Shown: positions 38,761-48,715 of the stretch, in pieces
Layout of the letters: every line of letters starts with the position of its first letter
How positions within the stretch are numbered: the stretch's first letter is position 1
Assembly: GCA_041658985.1 (NCBI GenBank)
Contig: JBAZZC010000003.1
Coordinates: forward strand, 10,540-74,539
Source: Minisyncoccota bacterium
Lineage (GTDB): Bacteria > Patescibacteriota > Minisyncoccia > Phycocordibacterales > DATDWN01
Reading direction: 5' to 3'
DNA: 64,000 nucleotides
Translations under genes and position numbers: made by a program
Notes under the pieces: generated by a model
The model's database searches: none
Told to the model about the DNA's origin: nothing
What the model saw: only the letters and a program-made list of their open reading frames with translations

Positions 38761-39388
38761 TTGCGGGGTATTTTTCTTTGAGTTCTTTTATTTTTCCTTT
38801 TAGAATTAAAGAAGATTCATTTTGTTTTTCTTTTTTTATACCATCTATAACATCTCTCTTGTTATATTTACCTTTGTAAGCTCCAGTTGGTTCTTTGAGT
38901 TCTTCAAACACAATTTGACAGATTCTTTCCCCAGGGAAAATTCTAACTACTTGCGAAGATGTGTTGTTTCTTAAAGGAAGAACTAGTTGTCCCTCATATC
39001 CAGCATCTATCACCCCCGTTAAATCAAGAGACAAACCTTTTCTGTTGGTTGATGAACGAGGATATAATACCGCCATTAAATCATTAGGAATTTTTAATGA
39101 TTCAAGAGTTGAGGAAAGCACGTATTCTCCTGGCATGAGTTCAAAAAACTGTCCTTCTTCAAGTTCAACCACCTCAAACTTGTGTGCATTTGCTGTGTCA
39201 AAATTTGATAAAGAAAGTGTCTCGCGCCCTAGTTTTGTCATGCTCCAGGTTTTTGGAATCATAAAGGTAAAGCCGAGGCGCAAATCCACAGCGTGTTCCT
39301 GAAGTTGAAAAGAGTCAATTTCTGGTTTTATTACTAAATCGTTAGCCCTGATCCTTTCAATTATTTGTTTTTTTGTTATTACTGCCAT
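38747..39388 (-). CDS. dcd: dCTP deaminase
   Basis: DLRLG, RSS..RKGL, IDAGYEG.L.L, GERICQ..F. Confidence 0.9.
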   Translation of the reverse strand: MAVITKKQIIERIRANDLVIKPEIDSFQLQEHAVDLRLGFTFMIPKTWSMTKLGRETLSLSNFDTANAHKFEVVELEEGQFFELMPGEYVLSSTLESLKIPNDLMAVLYPRSSTNRKGLSLDLTGVIDAGYEGQLVLPLRNNTSSQVVRIFPGERICQIVFEELKEPTGAYKGKYNKRDVIDGIKKEKQNESSLILKGKIKELKEKYPAIKKK

Positions 39389-39424
39389 GGTGTAAGTTTA
39401 TAAAATTTATGTGGTTTGTAAAGA

Positions 39425-39931
39425 TTACAGTGGAATGACTTTGTATTCCAATAAAACAACGTTATCAGAAAGTTTAGTTATATTTACCAAAGATAATTTT
39501 TTGTCTATGGCTTTGTTAAAAAGTTTTATACCAGATCCGAAAATGCGAGGCTCCATTGTCGCGTAGATAGTATCTACAAGTCCCGTTTCCATAAACATTG
39601 TGTAGATACTAGAGCCACCACAAATCGCAACCTCCTCATAACCACGAGATTCCAAATCTAATAGCAGGTCTTTTGGTGGTTTTTGTGTGATTTCCACCCC
39701 AATAATTTGTGGTGTTTCTGTCGGGGCGTAAACAATATTCAACCTATTTGGTAATGGTTTACCAATAGTTTGAAAAGTTGTGAGCCCCATTACTATTACC
39801 CCGGCTCTTTTTGTAACTTCTATAAAATGTTTTTTGTCAGTACCAGAAGTCCAGGCCATAGAAGTCTGTGTAGTTTCCTGTGATATAAAACCGTCTAGGG
39901 TTATGGCTGTTATTATAAATACTTTTACCAT
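39425..39931 (-). CDS. folA: Dihydrofolate reductase
   Basis: D.KHF...T, VMG..TF..IGKPLPNRLNIV, GG..IY. Confidence 0.88.
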   Translation of the reverse strand: MVKVFIITAITLDGFISQETTQTSMAWTSGTDKKHFIEVTKRAGVIVMGLTTFQTIGKPLPNRLNIVYAPTETPQIIGVEITQKPPKDLLLDLESRGYEEVAICGGSSIYTMFMETGLVDTIYATMEPRIFGSGIKLFNKAIDKKLSLVNITKLSDNVVLLEYKVIPL

Positions 39932-39932
39932 A

Positions 39933-40769
39933 TTATAAAATTATTTTTATTCCTCGTATTGACTCCATTGGTTTATATTGCTTATTTAAATTATCAAATA
40001 TTTCCTCTACCAATTTTTTGTCTCCTTTTTCTGCTCGATTAAAGGAGTTTTTTGGTAATTTTAAAACAATTGGCTTATTGTTGTTTTTTCTCTTCATTAT
40101 TTCTTTTCCTGCAAAATAGTGTGTGTCATAGATATGTGCATTTGAAATCGAATGGGAATAAACCCCCGGTTTTACACCAAGTTTTTGTGCGAGCATACAT
40201 TGAAGTAAAGCAAACCCCGCCACGTCATGTGGAAATCCTAATAACATGTCATTTGAACGTACAATGAGATGAAGATGGAGTCGTCCGGCTATTATATTTG
40301 TTGTGAAAGTATAGGGACACGGTACATTTTTCTTGTTTACTCCACCCAGCCCATCGGACGCTGGGTCCCAAAACACCACCACCCCATGTCTGGAGCTCGG
40401 ATCTTTTAAAAGCAAATCTACCAATAATTTCATCTGATCTCTGCCAAAATGTTTTCTCATTCTGTATCCATAGGCAACAGTTACTACATCTCCCGGATTA
40501 GTAAAATCGTCCCATATTTTAGTAAAATCTCTCAGAAATATTTCTGGTTTTCTTGCTCCAGTTAAGAACCAAACTTGTTCTGCCACGAATACCTTAAGTG
40601 GTATTTTACGAAGTGTTAATAGTGGAAAGCCCTCCTTTTCTATATCAATGGAAAAATGTACTCCTGGGATTGCCTTTACCTTGTGTCCTGTGCGTTTATT
40701 AATGTCTACAAAGCCCTTTTTCATTATGTCGGAAATCAGGTTTTGGTATATTTGGTCAAATTTTGTCAT
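39933..40769 (-). CDS. thyA: Thymidylate synthase
   Basis: FPLLT.RK, YG, P.SR, PC, RSND..LG.P, HIY. Confidence 0.92.
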   Translation of the reverse strand: MTKFDQIYQNLISDIMKKGFVDINKRTGHKVKAIPGVHFSIDIEKEGFPLLTLRKIPLKVFVAEQVWFLTGARKPEIFLRDFTKIWDDFTNPGDVVTVAYGYRMRKHFGRDQMKLLVDLLLKDPSSRHGVVVFWDPASDGLGGVNKKNVPCPYTFTTNIIAGRLHLHLIVRSNDMLLGFPHDVAGFALLQCMLAQKLGVKPGVYSHSISNAHIYDTHYFAGKEIMKRKNNNKPIVLKLPKNSFNRAEKGDKKLVEEIFDNLNKQYKPMESIRGIKIIL

Positions 40770-40825
40770 TGTTTTTTTATACTCTATACTATATGCTATT
40801 TTCTGTGACTATCAACTATCCATAT

Positions 40826-41293
40826 ATGCCAGAAAATCGTGAAATAAAGATTGTTTCAAAAGACAACCATTTCATGAGTCTTGCCTGTGAAGCAAGAAAA
40901 AAAAGTAATGACTTACTCATTTCAACTGGTGTGGTTGCTGTAAAAGACGGAAAGGTGTTAGGTGAATCGTCAAATATGGCAGGATATAATTGGAAATGGT
41001 TAGTAACACAACATCAAAAATGGTTTTGTCCTAGAAGATGGTTTAAAGCTAAAACCGGAACTAAATATTGGCTTTGTCGTGGTTGTGCAACTAATAATAA
41101 ACATGCGGAGTCGCGTTTAGTGAATAGTTTTGATAAGGTCGGTAAATTGTCCGAATTAAATGGTGCTGATATCTATTTGTGTGGTCATTGGTGGTGTTGT
41201 AAACCTTGTTGGGATAATATGATTCGTGCTGGAATTAAAAATATCTATGTGTTGGAAGGAGCCAAGGAAAAATTTGATTCGAGGACGTGGTAG
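40826..41293 (+). CDS. dCMP/cytidine deaminase family protein
   Basis: HAE and WCCKPC zinc motifs; start taken at MPENRE (ORF-track start overlaps thyA). Confidence 0.8.
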   Translation: MPENREIKIVSKDNHFMSLACEARKKSNDLLISTGVVAVKDGKVLGESSNMAGYNWKWLVTQHQKWFCPRRWFKAKTGTKYWLCRGCATNNKHAESRLVNSFDKVGKLSELNGADIYLCGHWWCCKPCWDNMIRAGIKNIYVLEGAKEKFDSRTW

Positions 41294-41319
41294 TTATTAT
41301 TTATATAAACAAAAATAAC

Positions 41320-42012
41320 ATGAAGAAAGGAAAATTAATTGTTATAGATGGTATTGATGGGTCTGGTAAGGCCACTCAAGTAAAGCTCCTTGAGGAAAAA
41401 TTAAAGAAAAACAAAGTAAAAGTAAAAACCATAGATTTTCCTCGGTATTACGATAATTTTTTTGGGCAACTAATAGGGGAATATCTTTCTGGTAAGTATG
41501 GCGATTTTATTCAAATGGACCCCCGCGTAGCTTCTATTATGTACGCAGCAGATAGATTTGAATCAAGCAAACAGATAACAAAGTGGCTCAGGGAGGGCTT
41601 TGTGGTTATTGCAGATAGATACGCTAGTGCCAACCAGATTCATCAGGGTGGTAAAATAGATAATCCAAAAGAGAGAAAAATTTTCTTGGATTGGCTGGCA
41701 AAAATGGAATACGGCGTGTTTAATATTCCAAAACCAGATTTGGTCGTTTATCTTGACGTGCCTTTTGAGGTTAGTCGAGAATGGCTCCAGAAAAAAGTTG
41801 CCCAGAGAAAAAAGAAATATCTAAAAGGTAAAAAAGATGTTGCTGAAGATAATTTAATGCACCTTAAAAATTCTAGAAATAGTGCATTAAGTCTGTATAA
41901 AGAAAATAAAAACTGGGAAAAAGTTGAATGTTGCCCAAATAATATTTGCATGTCTCCAGAAGGAGTGCATGAAAAAGTTTATAAAATAATAAGAAGGAAA
42001 TTAAAAATCTGA
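41320..42012 (+). CDS. tmk: Thymidylate kinase
   Basis: IDG.DGSGKATQ, YAADR, DRY..AN..HQG, PD.V.YLD. Confidence 0.92.
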   Translation: MKKGKLIVIDGIDGSGKATQVKLLEEKLKKNKVKVKTIDFPRYYDNFFGQLIGEYLSGKYGDFIQMDPRVASIMYAADRFESSKQITKWLREGFVVIADRYASANQIHQGGKIDNPKERKIFLDWLAKMEYGVFNIPKPDLVVYLDVPFEVSREWLQKKVAQRKKKYLKGKKDVAEDNLMHLKNSRNSALSLYKENKNWEKVECCPNNICMSPEGVHEKVYKIIRRKLKI

Positions 42013-42018
42013 AATAGC

Positions 42019-43212
42019 ATGAGAGATAAACAAATAGAAAAGTTAATAGATGCTGAAAAGAAGAGACAAAAAAAAGTCATAAACCTTATTGCTTCTGAAA
42101 ACTATGTTTCAGATGACGTGTTGAAAGCTTTGGGTTCTGAACTTACCAATAAGTATGCCGAAGGATATTCAGCTCTTAGGTATTATGGTGGAAATGAGGT
42201 TGTTGATAAAATTGAAAATCTTTGCAAAGAAAGAGCCTTGAAACTTTTCAAATTGTCTCCCCAGAAATGGCACGTCAATGTTCAGCCCCTCTCAGGTTCA
42301 CCAGCAAATGTTGCTGTTTATTTAGCTCTTGTGCCAACTGGTGGAAAGATAATGGGAATGAATCTTCAAGATGGAGGGCATTTAACTCACGGGCACAAAG
42401 TCTCCATAACCGGCAAGATTTGGCAACAAGTGGCCTATGGTGTTGATAGTGTTACTGAAACGATTAATTATAAAGAAATAAAAAAAATGGCAGAGAAGGA
42501 GAAACCCCAGCTTATTGTGGCGGGTTTTACTGCATATCCAAGGGTTGTTGATTTTAAAAAGTTTCGTGAAATTGCTGATAGTGTGGGGGCGTTTTTAATG
42601 GTTGATATGTCACACCTAGCTGGGCTTGTGGCTGGGGGAGCATATCCAACACCTTTTCAATATGCTGATGTTGTTACCACTACCACACACAAAACCTTAC
42701 GAGGTCCTCGCTCGGCCATGATTTTCTCTAAAATAGACGGAAGAGAAATTTACAAAAAAATTGATAAAGCCGTTTTTCCCGGGATTCAAGGTGGTCCACA
42801 TTTAAACCAAATTGCTGCGATTGCTGTGGCATTAAAAGAGGCTGACACTCCAGCGTTTAAAAAATATGCAAAGCAAATAATAAAAAATGCAAAGGTCTTT
42901 TCCAATGAACTAGCAAAATTGGGCTGGAGAATTGTTTCCGGCGGTACAGACAGTCATTTAATTTTAGTAGACACCTGGATGAACGGTGCGGGAATTTCTG
43001 GAAAAGAGGCCAGTGATAGATTGGAAAAAAACGGCATCATTGTAAATAAAAATACTATTCCTGGAGAGACACGGTCTCCCATGGACCCTTCTGGTATTCG
43101 TCTCGGCACTGCGGCTGAAACAACTAGAGGTAAAAAAGAAAAAGATTTTATCCTAATTGCCCGAAGAATTGATAAAATTTTAAAGAAAAGTAAAACAAAC
43201 AATCCTTTATAA
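42019..43212 (+). CDS. glyA: Serine hydroxymethyltransferase
   Basis: LIASEN, NKYAEGY, GGHLTHG, TTTTHKTLRGPR. Confidence 0.97.
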   Translation: MRDKQIEKLIDAEKKRQKKVINLIASENYVSDDVLKALGSELTNKYAEGYSALRYYGGNEVVDKIENLCKERALKLFKLSPQKWHVNVQPLSGSPANVAVYLALVPTGGKIMGMNLQDGGHLTHGHKVSITGKIWQQVAYGVDSVTETINYKEIKKMAEKEKPQLIVAGFTAYPRVVDFKKFREIADSVGAFLMVDMSHLAGLVAGGAYPTPFQYADVVTTTTHKTLRGPRSAMIFSKIDGREIYKKIDKAVFPGIQGGPHLNQIAAIAVALKEADTPAFKKYAKQIIKNAKVFSNELAKLGWRIVSGGTDSHLILVDTWMNGAGISGKEASDRLEKNGIIVNKNTIPGETRSPMDPSGIRLGTAAETTRGKKEKDFILIARRIDKILKKSKTNNPL

Positions 43213-43241
43213 ACCCATAAGGCAATGTTATAATCGGGTTT

Positions 43242-44960
43242 ATGAAGGAAATCTTAGAAGAAGAGCTTAAAACGATATTGCGAAATATTGGGATACAGAA
43301 TCCTACGATTACTTTTGATGTGCCTATTCACGTTGAACTGGGGGACTATTCTACAAATGTAGCTATGGCTTATGCAAAACAACTTGGGACAAAACCGGTT
43401 GATTTAGCAGAAGAAATAAAGAAAAAACTCACAGAGAAGAGTATAGAGAATATTTTTAAAATAAATGTTATTGCCCCCGGGTTTTTAAACTTCTTTTTTA
43501 ATGAGAATTATTTTGGCGGTGTTGTGAAAGAGATAATTTTAAAAAAAAATAAATATGGAGAGAGCGACTCTCTTCTAGGGCAAAAAATAATGGTTGAGTT
43601 TACTGACCCGAACCCATTTAAAGAATTTCACATTGGACATTTAATGAGTAACAGCATAGGTGAATCAATTTCTCGAATTTTAGAATCACAAGGGGCCAAG
43701 GTTTTTCGAGCCAACTGGCAAGGGGATGTTGGAGTCCATATTGCTAAGGCGGTGTGGGGCATGTTCCATTCACCACTTTCAAATGATGACAAATCGTCTA
43801 TAGAAAAATCTGTCATCTATCTTGGGAGGTGTTACGCACTTGGTGCTTCACAGTATGAAGAAGATGAAAAGGTAAAAAAGGAAATACAAGAAATAAATAA
43901 TAAGATTTATGAAAAAAGTGACTTAGAGATTAATGAGAAGTATGAATGGGGAAGAAAAGTCAGTTTAGACTATTTTGAAATAATCTACAAAAAACTTGGA
44001 ACAAAATTCGATTACTATTTCTTTGAAAGCAAAGAGGGGGTCCTTGGTAAAAAAATAGTAGAAGAATATTTAGAAAAAGGTATTTTTGAAAAAAGCGACG
44101 GGGCAGTTGTTTTTAAGGGTGAAAAATATGGCTTACACACAAGGGTTTTTATCAATTCAAATGATATACCAACATATGAAGCCAAAGAGTTAGGCCTGAA
44201 CCGAGAGAAATTTATTGTTGAACCAAAGCTTGATCAGTCAGTCATAATTACCGGAAATGAGATAAATGAGTATTTTAAGGTTTTACTGCAGGTTATTTCT
44301 CTGATATTTCCGGAGGTTGGTCAAAAAACAAAACACATTTCTCATGGGATGCTCCGATTACCCGAGGGCAAAATGTCTTCACGAACCGGCAATGTTATTA
44401 CAGCCGAATCACTAATATTAGAAGTTCAACAGAAGACTCTTGAAAAAATGAAAGACAGGAGAATGAGTGAAAAAACACAACAAGAAATTTCTGAGACCAT
44501 AGCTATTGGTGCCCTGAAATATTCCATCCTAAAACAAACGACTGGAAAGGACATAATTTTTGATTTTGATAAGTCGGTTTCATTTGAAGGGGATTCTGGT
44601 CCATATTTACAATATGCAACTGTGCGGGCAAATTCTATTCTAAAAAAATCCGCCTCTTCGGCGGACCAGCCGATGAGGCTGGGCGAAATACCAGAAAATT
44701 GGAAGACCACAAATTTAGAGAGAATTCTTGAGAGATTTCCGTCTGTGATGGAGAGGGCGGGGACAGAGTATGCGCCAAGTCACATTGCCACCTACCTTAT
44801 TGAACTGTCAGGAGAATTCAATTCGTTTTATGCTTCCCACAAAATAATTAATGAGACCGACCCAACATCTTCCTATCGATTAGCCTTAACTCAAGCTTTT
44901 GTTTATATAATGACTTCAGGACTTAATCTTCTGGCGATCAAAATTCCGGAACAAATGTAG
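43242..44960 (+). CDS. argS: Arginine--tRNA ligase
   Basis: GDYSTN.A, NP.K..HIGH, KMSSR.G, GDSGPYLQYA.VR. Confidence 0.96.
   Translation: MKEILEEELKTILRNIGIQNPTITFDVPIHVELGDYSTNVAMAYAKQLGTKPVDLAEEIKKKLTEKSIENIFKINVIAPGFLNFFFNENYFGGVVKEIILKKNKYGESDSLLGQKIMVEFTDPNPFKEFHIGHLMSNSIGESISRILESQGAKVFRANWQGDVGVHIAKAVWGMFHSPLSNDDKSSIEKSVIYLGRCYALGASQYEEDEKVKKEIQEINNKIYEKSDLEINEKYEWGRKVSLDYFEIIYKKLGTKFDYYFFESKEGVLGKKIVEEYLEKGIFEKSDGAVVFKGEKYGLHTRVFINSNDIPTYEAKELGLNREKFIVEPKLDQSVIITGNEINEYFKVLLQVISLIFPEVGQKTKHISHGMLRLPEGKMSSRTGNVITAESLILEVQQKTLEKMKDRRMSEKTQQEISETIAIGALKYSILKQTTGKDIIFDFDKSVSFEGDSGPYLQYATVRANSILKKSASSADQPMRLGEIPENWKTTNLERILERFPSVMERAGTEYAPSHIATYLIELSGEFNSFYASHKIINETDPTSSYRLALTQAFVYIMTSGLNLLAIKIPEQM
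44649..44682 (+). repeat. GC-rich double mini-hairpin inside argS
   Basis: TCCGCC-TCTTC-GGCGGA then CCAGCC-GATGA-GGCTGG. Confidence 0.6.
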
Positions 44961-45001
44961 TTATTTACAAAAGTATATATTTTAGTTAATATTTAAGTAT
45001 A

Positions 45002-45168
45002 AGCAGTAAAGAGACCAATCACCTCTATGGCTTTGGGAAGAAAGCAGAAATGCAAATAGAACCCAACGGGTGGCCCGTTATAGCCGTAAAGAGAAGTAAG
45101 CAAGGTGGTACCACGAGAAACTCGTCCTTGCATAGCAAGTGTTTGCTGTGTAGGGACGGGTTTTTTAT
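45002..45168 (+). promoter_or_regulatory. T-box riboswitch (Ile specifier) with terminator
   Basis: AAGGTGGTACCACG T-box (45102-45115), CCGTTA stem IIA/B motif, ATC at 45018-45020, terminator stem plus T-run 45122-45166. Confidence 0.88.
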
Positions 45169-45178
45169 TACAAAAAAT

Positions 45179-48100
45179 ATGGAAAAAGAAAAAATAGAAA
45201 AAAGTGAAGTTGCACTGAAAGAAGAAAAAATCCTGGAGTTTTGGGAGAAAAGTGAAATTTTCAAAAAAACCCTAGAAAAAGAGGCACCAAAAGGGGAGTT
45301 TGTCTTTTACGATGGGCCTCCATTTGCCACTGGTTTGCCTCATCAGGGGACATTGCTTGGTTCCATTGCTAAGGACCTAATTCCTCGCTACAAAACGATG
45401 CGAGGCTACAGTGTGCGTCGTAGATGGGGTTGGGATTGTCACGGTTTACCTATAGAAAATCTTGTAGAGAAGAAACTTGGCCTCAAGCATAAAAAAGATA
45501 TTGAAGAAATGGGTATAGAAAAATTTAACGAAGAATGTCGCAGTCAAGTGTTGACATATGTTCATGATTGGAAAGTGTACATTGACCGCGTGGCTCGTTG
45601 GGTTGATTTTGAGGGCTCTTACAAAACCATGGATTCTAGTTATACCGAAAGTATTTGGTGGGCACTCAAACAAATGAATGACAAAGGCTTGCTTTACGAA
45701 GGCAGAAAAGTTCTTTTGTATTGTCCAAGATGCGAGACTCCTCTTTCTAAAGCAGAGATTGCTATGGACAACTCATATAAAGATATAACGGAAGAGGCGG
45801 TGACAATAAAGTTTAAAATAAAAAATCCAGAAAAACATAAATTACCCCAGAACACATATTTACTTGCATGGACAACAACCCCGTGGACATTACCTGGAAA
45901 CGTTGCACTTGCAGTTGGTAATGATATTGAATATCAAGTAATGAAAAAGGGGCAAGAAACCTATGTTGTTTCTACACAGGTATGGAAACAGGGAATCTTG
46001 GGAGAGTTTGGCAACCTAGCAATAGGAGATGTTCGTAAGGGGGCTGATTTGGTTGGTTTGGAATACGAACCACTTTACGAAATACCTGTTGTAAAAAATA
46101 GTGGCAAAAAAGCTTGGTATGTTACCTCGGCTGATTTTGTTAATACAGAAGAGGGAACGGGTATTGTGCATACGGCGGTAATTTATGGAGAGGATGACTA
46201 TCAACTTGGTCTAAAAGTTGATTTACCAATGGTTCCACTGCTTTTGCCAAATGGAGAGTTTAATAATGAGGCTCCGGAATTTATTCGTGGAATGTATGTG
46301 AAAAAGGCCGAGAGATATATAAAAGAAGATTTGGAAAAAAGAGACTTGCTTTTCAGTAAGACCATGAACACTCACTCATACCCTCATTGTTATCGTTGCG
46401 AAACCCCCCTTATATACAACGCTCTCTCAAGCTGGTTTATTAATATTCAAAAAATAAAAAAACAAGTTATTGATTTGAATGAAAATATAAACTGGGTTCC
46501 GGACCATCTTAAACATGGACGTTTTCTAGATATTGCTCAAAATGCTCCGGACTGGACAATAAGCAGAAATCGCTATTGGGCATCGCCACTGCCAATCTGG
46601 AAAGATGACAAGGGTAAATATATTGTTATTGGAAGTATTTCTGAACTTAAGGATTACATTGGTCGTCGCAATAATTATTTTCTCTTACGTCATGGAGAAT
46701 CGGAAGGAAATGCAAAGGGTGTTATAAGTTGTAAGAAAGATGGTAAAGACTCACTGACTTCTCTTGGTAGAGAAGAATCTCTCTCTTCTGTAAAAGAACT
46801 CAAAAATAAAAAAATAGACATTATTATTTCATCGCCTTTTGTAAGGACACGTGAAACTGCCGAAATTATTGCCGAAGAGATGGGGATTCCAAAAGAGGAA
46901 ATTATCTATGATGATTTGCTTGGTGAGATTTCTTGTGAAAAGTACGATGGGGAATTGTGGACAGGTTTTAATTTCAGGAAAAAAGAAGAAGGGGTTGAAA
47001 CTCCACGCCAGGTTCTCTCGCGAACAATGAAAGTTATGTATGGATTAGATAAAAAATATGAAAGCAAAAACATTTTAATTATTGGACACGGGGGACCACT
47101 TAGAATAATCAAACTTGCGTCAAGTGGTTTAGCAGAGGAAGATATCATGAAGCATTATTATGATGACCCACCAAGAAACGCAAAAACGATTGACTGTGAT
47201 TTTGTGGCATTGCCTCACAATGGGGCATATGAAATTGATTTACACAGGCCATACATTGATGAGGTTGTGCTACATGACAAAGACGGTTCTATTCTCAAGC
47301 GAATACCAGAGGTTATTGACTGTTGGGTTGAATCTGGGTCAATGCCTTTTGCCGAATATAATTATCCGTATTCAAATAAAGAAGAATTTGAGAAAAGAGC
47401 TCCAGGAGATTTTGTGGCTGAGTATATAGCCCAAACCAGAACTTGGTTTTACTACATGCATGTCATCTCTACGGCTCTTTTTGGACGGGAATCTTTTAAA
47501 AATGTTTTGACTACCGGAAATATTCAAGCCAGTGACGGAAGTAAAATGAGTAAGTCAAAGAGTAACTACACAGACCCATTGCTTCTCATGAATAAATACG
47601 GTGCTGACGCTCTGCGTTACTACATGATGACTTCTGTTGTGATGCAGGCAGAGGATTTAAACTTTAAAAATGATGATGTCAAAGAAGTTAACCAAAGAAT
47701 GTTAAATATCTTGCGAAATGTTTTATCTTTCTATGAAATGTATAAGACGGATTTTACTGGAATCCCAAGCAAAAATAATGTTTTGGATAAATGGATTTGT
47801 TCTAGGTTGGCAGTTTTGCACAAAGAAGTAACTGAGGGTCTGGAGAAGTATGACACAATCCGTTCTGGGCGGCCGATAAGACTTTTTATAGAAGATTTAT
47901 CAACTTGGTATTTGCGTCGCTCAAGAGACAGATTCAAATCAGAAAACTTAGAGGAGAGAAAAGAGGTCTCAGAATGTACCGCTTTTATTTTGGTAGAACT
48001 TGCAAAAATAATGGCTCCGTTTACGCCATATATTGCCGAGGAAATTTATCAGGGTGTTAAAGGAAAAAATCATAAAGAAAGTGTACATTTAGAAAATTGG

Positions 48101-48604
48101 ACAGAAAGCATGGAGGATTTTTTAGACAGGGAACTTATTGTTCAAATGCAAAAAGTCAGGGAGGTGGTTACCCAAGCCTTAGATTTACGTCAGAAAGCTG
48201 GGTACAGTGTTAGACAACCTCTGCCATCTCTTGTTGTGTCGCAAAATTTTTCTAAAGAACTATTAGATATTATTGCTGATGAGGTCAATGTAAAAGAAAT
48301 AAAGGTCTTGGAAGGAAGTGAGGTAAGATTGGACACAACCTTAACCGAAGAATTGAAAAACGAAGGAATTGCTCGTAGTGTTATTCGTGGTATCCAGGAT
48401 GTAAGAAAAAATGAAGGTCTTAATCCAGGCGAGAGAATAAAGCTGATTATTTGTGCAGATGAAAAAATAAAATCTGTGATTGTTTCTTTTGAGATTTTAA
48501 TCAAATCTCCAACACAGGTGGTGGAGATAATATACTCAAACGAAAAACAAACTCACGCCATTTCTTTGGGTTCCGGCGAGATGACGGTAACAGTATCTAG
48601 ATAA
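45179..48604 (+). CDS. ileS: Isoleucine--tRNA ligase (type 2) with inserted histidine phosphatase domain
   Basis: FYDGPPFATGLPH, GWDCHGLP, WTTTPWTLP, DW.ISR.RYW, KMSKS; RHGES insert; ORF-track start at 45050 lies within the T-box. Confidence 0.94.
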   Translation: MEKEKIEKSEVALKEEKILEFWEKSEIFKKTLEKEAPKGEFVFYDGPPFATGLPHQGTLLGSIAKDLIPRYKTMRGYSVRRRWGWDCHGLPIENLVEKKLGLKHKKDIEEMGIEKFNEECRSQVLTYVHDWKVYIDRVARWVDFEGSYKTMDSSYTESIWWALKQMNDKGLLYEGRKVLLYCPRCETPLSKAEIAMDNSYKDITEEAVTIKFKIKNPEKHKLPQNTYLLAWTTTPWTLPGNVALAVGNDIEYQVMKKGQETYVVSTQVWKQGILGEFGNLAIGDVRKGADLVGLEYEPLYEIPVVKNSGKKAWYVTSADFVNTEEGTGIVHTAVIYGEDDYQLGLKVDLPMVPLLLPNGEFNNEAPEFIRGMYVKKAERYIKEDLEKRDLLFSKTMNTHSYPHCYRCETPLIYNALSSWFINIQKIKKQVIDLNENINWVPDHLKHGRFLDIAQNAPDWTISRNRYWASPLPIWKDDKGKYIVIGSISELKDYIGRRNNYFLLRHGESEGNAKGVISCKKDGKDSLTSLGREESLSSVKELKNKKIDIIISSPFVRTRETAEIIAEEMGIPKEEIIYDDLLGEISCEKYDGELWTGFNFRKKEEGVETPRQVLSRTMKVMYGLDKKYESKNILIIGHGGPLRIIKLASSGLAEEDIMKHYYDDPPRNAKTIDCDFVALPHNGAYEIDLHRPYIDEVVLHDKDGSILKRIPEVIDCWVESGSMPFAEYNYPYSNKEEFEKRAPGDFVAEYIAQTRTWFYYMHVISTALFGRESFKNVLTTGNIQASDGSKMSKSKSNYTDPLLLMNKYGADALRYYMMTSVVMQAEDLNFKNDDVKEVNQRMLNILRNVLSFYEMYKTDFTGIPSKNNVLDKWICSRLAVLHKEVTEGLEKYDTIRSGRPIRLFIEDLSTWYLRRSRDRFKSENLEERKEVSECTAFILVELAKIMAPFTPYIAEEIYQGVKGKNHKESVHLENWTESMEDFLDRELIVQMQKVREVVTQALDLRQKAGYSVRQPLPSLVVSQNFSKELLDIIADEVNVKEIKVLEGSEVRLDTTLTEELKNEGIARSVIRGIQDVRKNEGLNPGERIKLIICADEKIKSVIVSFEILIKSPTQVVEIIYSNEKQTHAISLGSGEMTVTVSR

Positions 48605-48710
48605 TTTCTAATTTTCAATTCTCAATTTTCAAACAATTTCCAATTATAAAATTTCTGAATTAGTAGATTAATTTATTTTTTAGACATTAAAAATTAGAAA
48701 TTGAAAATTT
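48601..48710. repeat. Inverted low-complexity AATTTTC/GAAAATT arrays
   Basis: AATTTCTAATTTTCAATT... facing ...AAAATTAGAAATTGAAAATT. Confidence 0.65.
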
Positions 48711-48715
48711 TTCTC

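Noticed and set aside
45050-45178. 43-aa N-terminal extension of IleRS
   Set aside because: It runs through the T-box and terminator; ATG 45179 is the plausible start.
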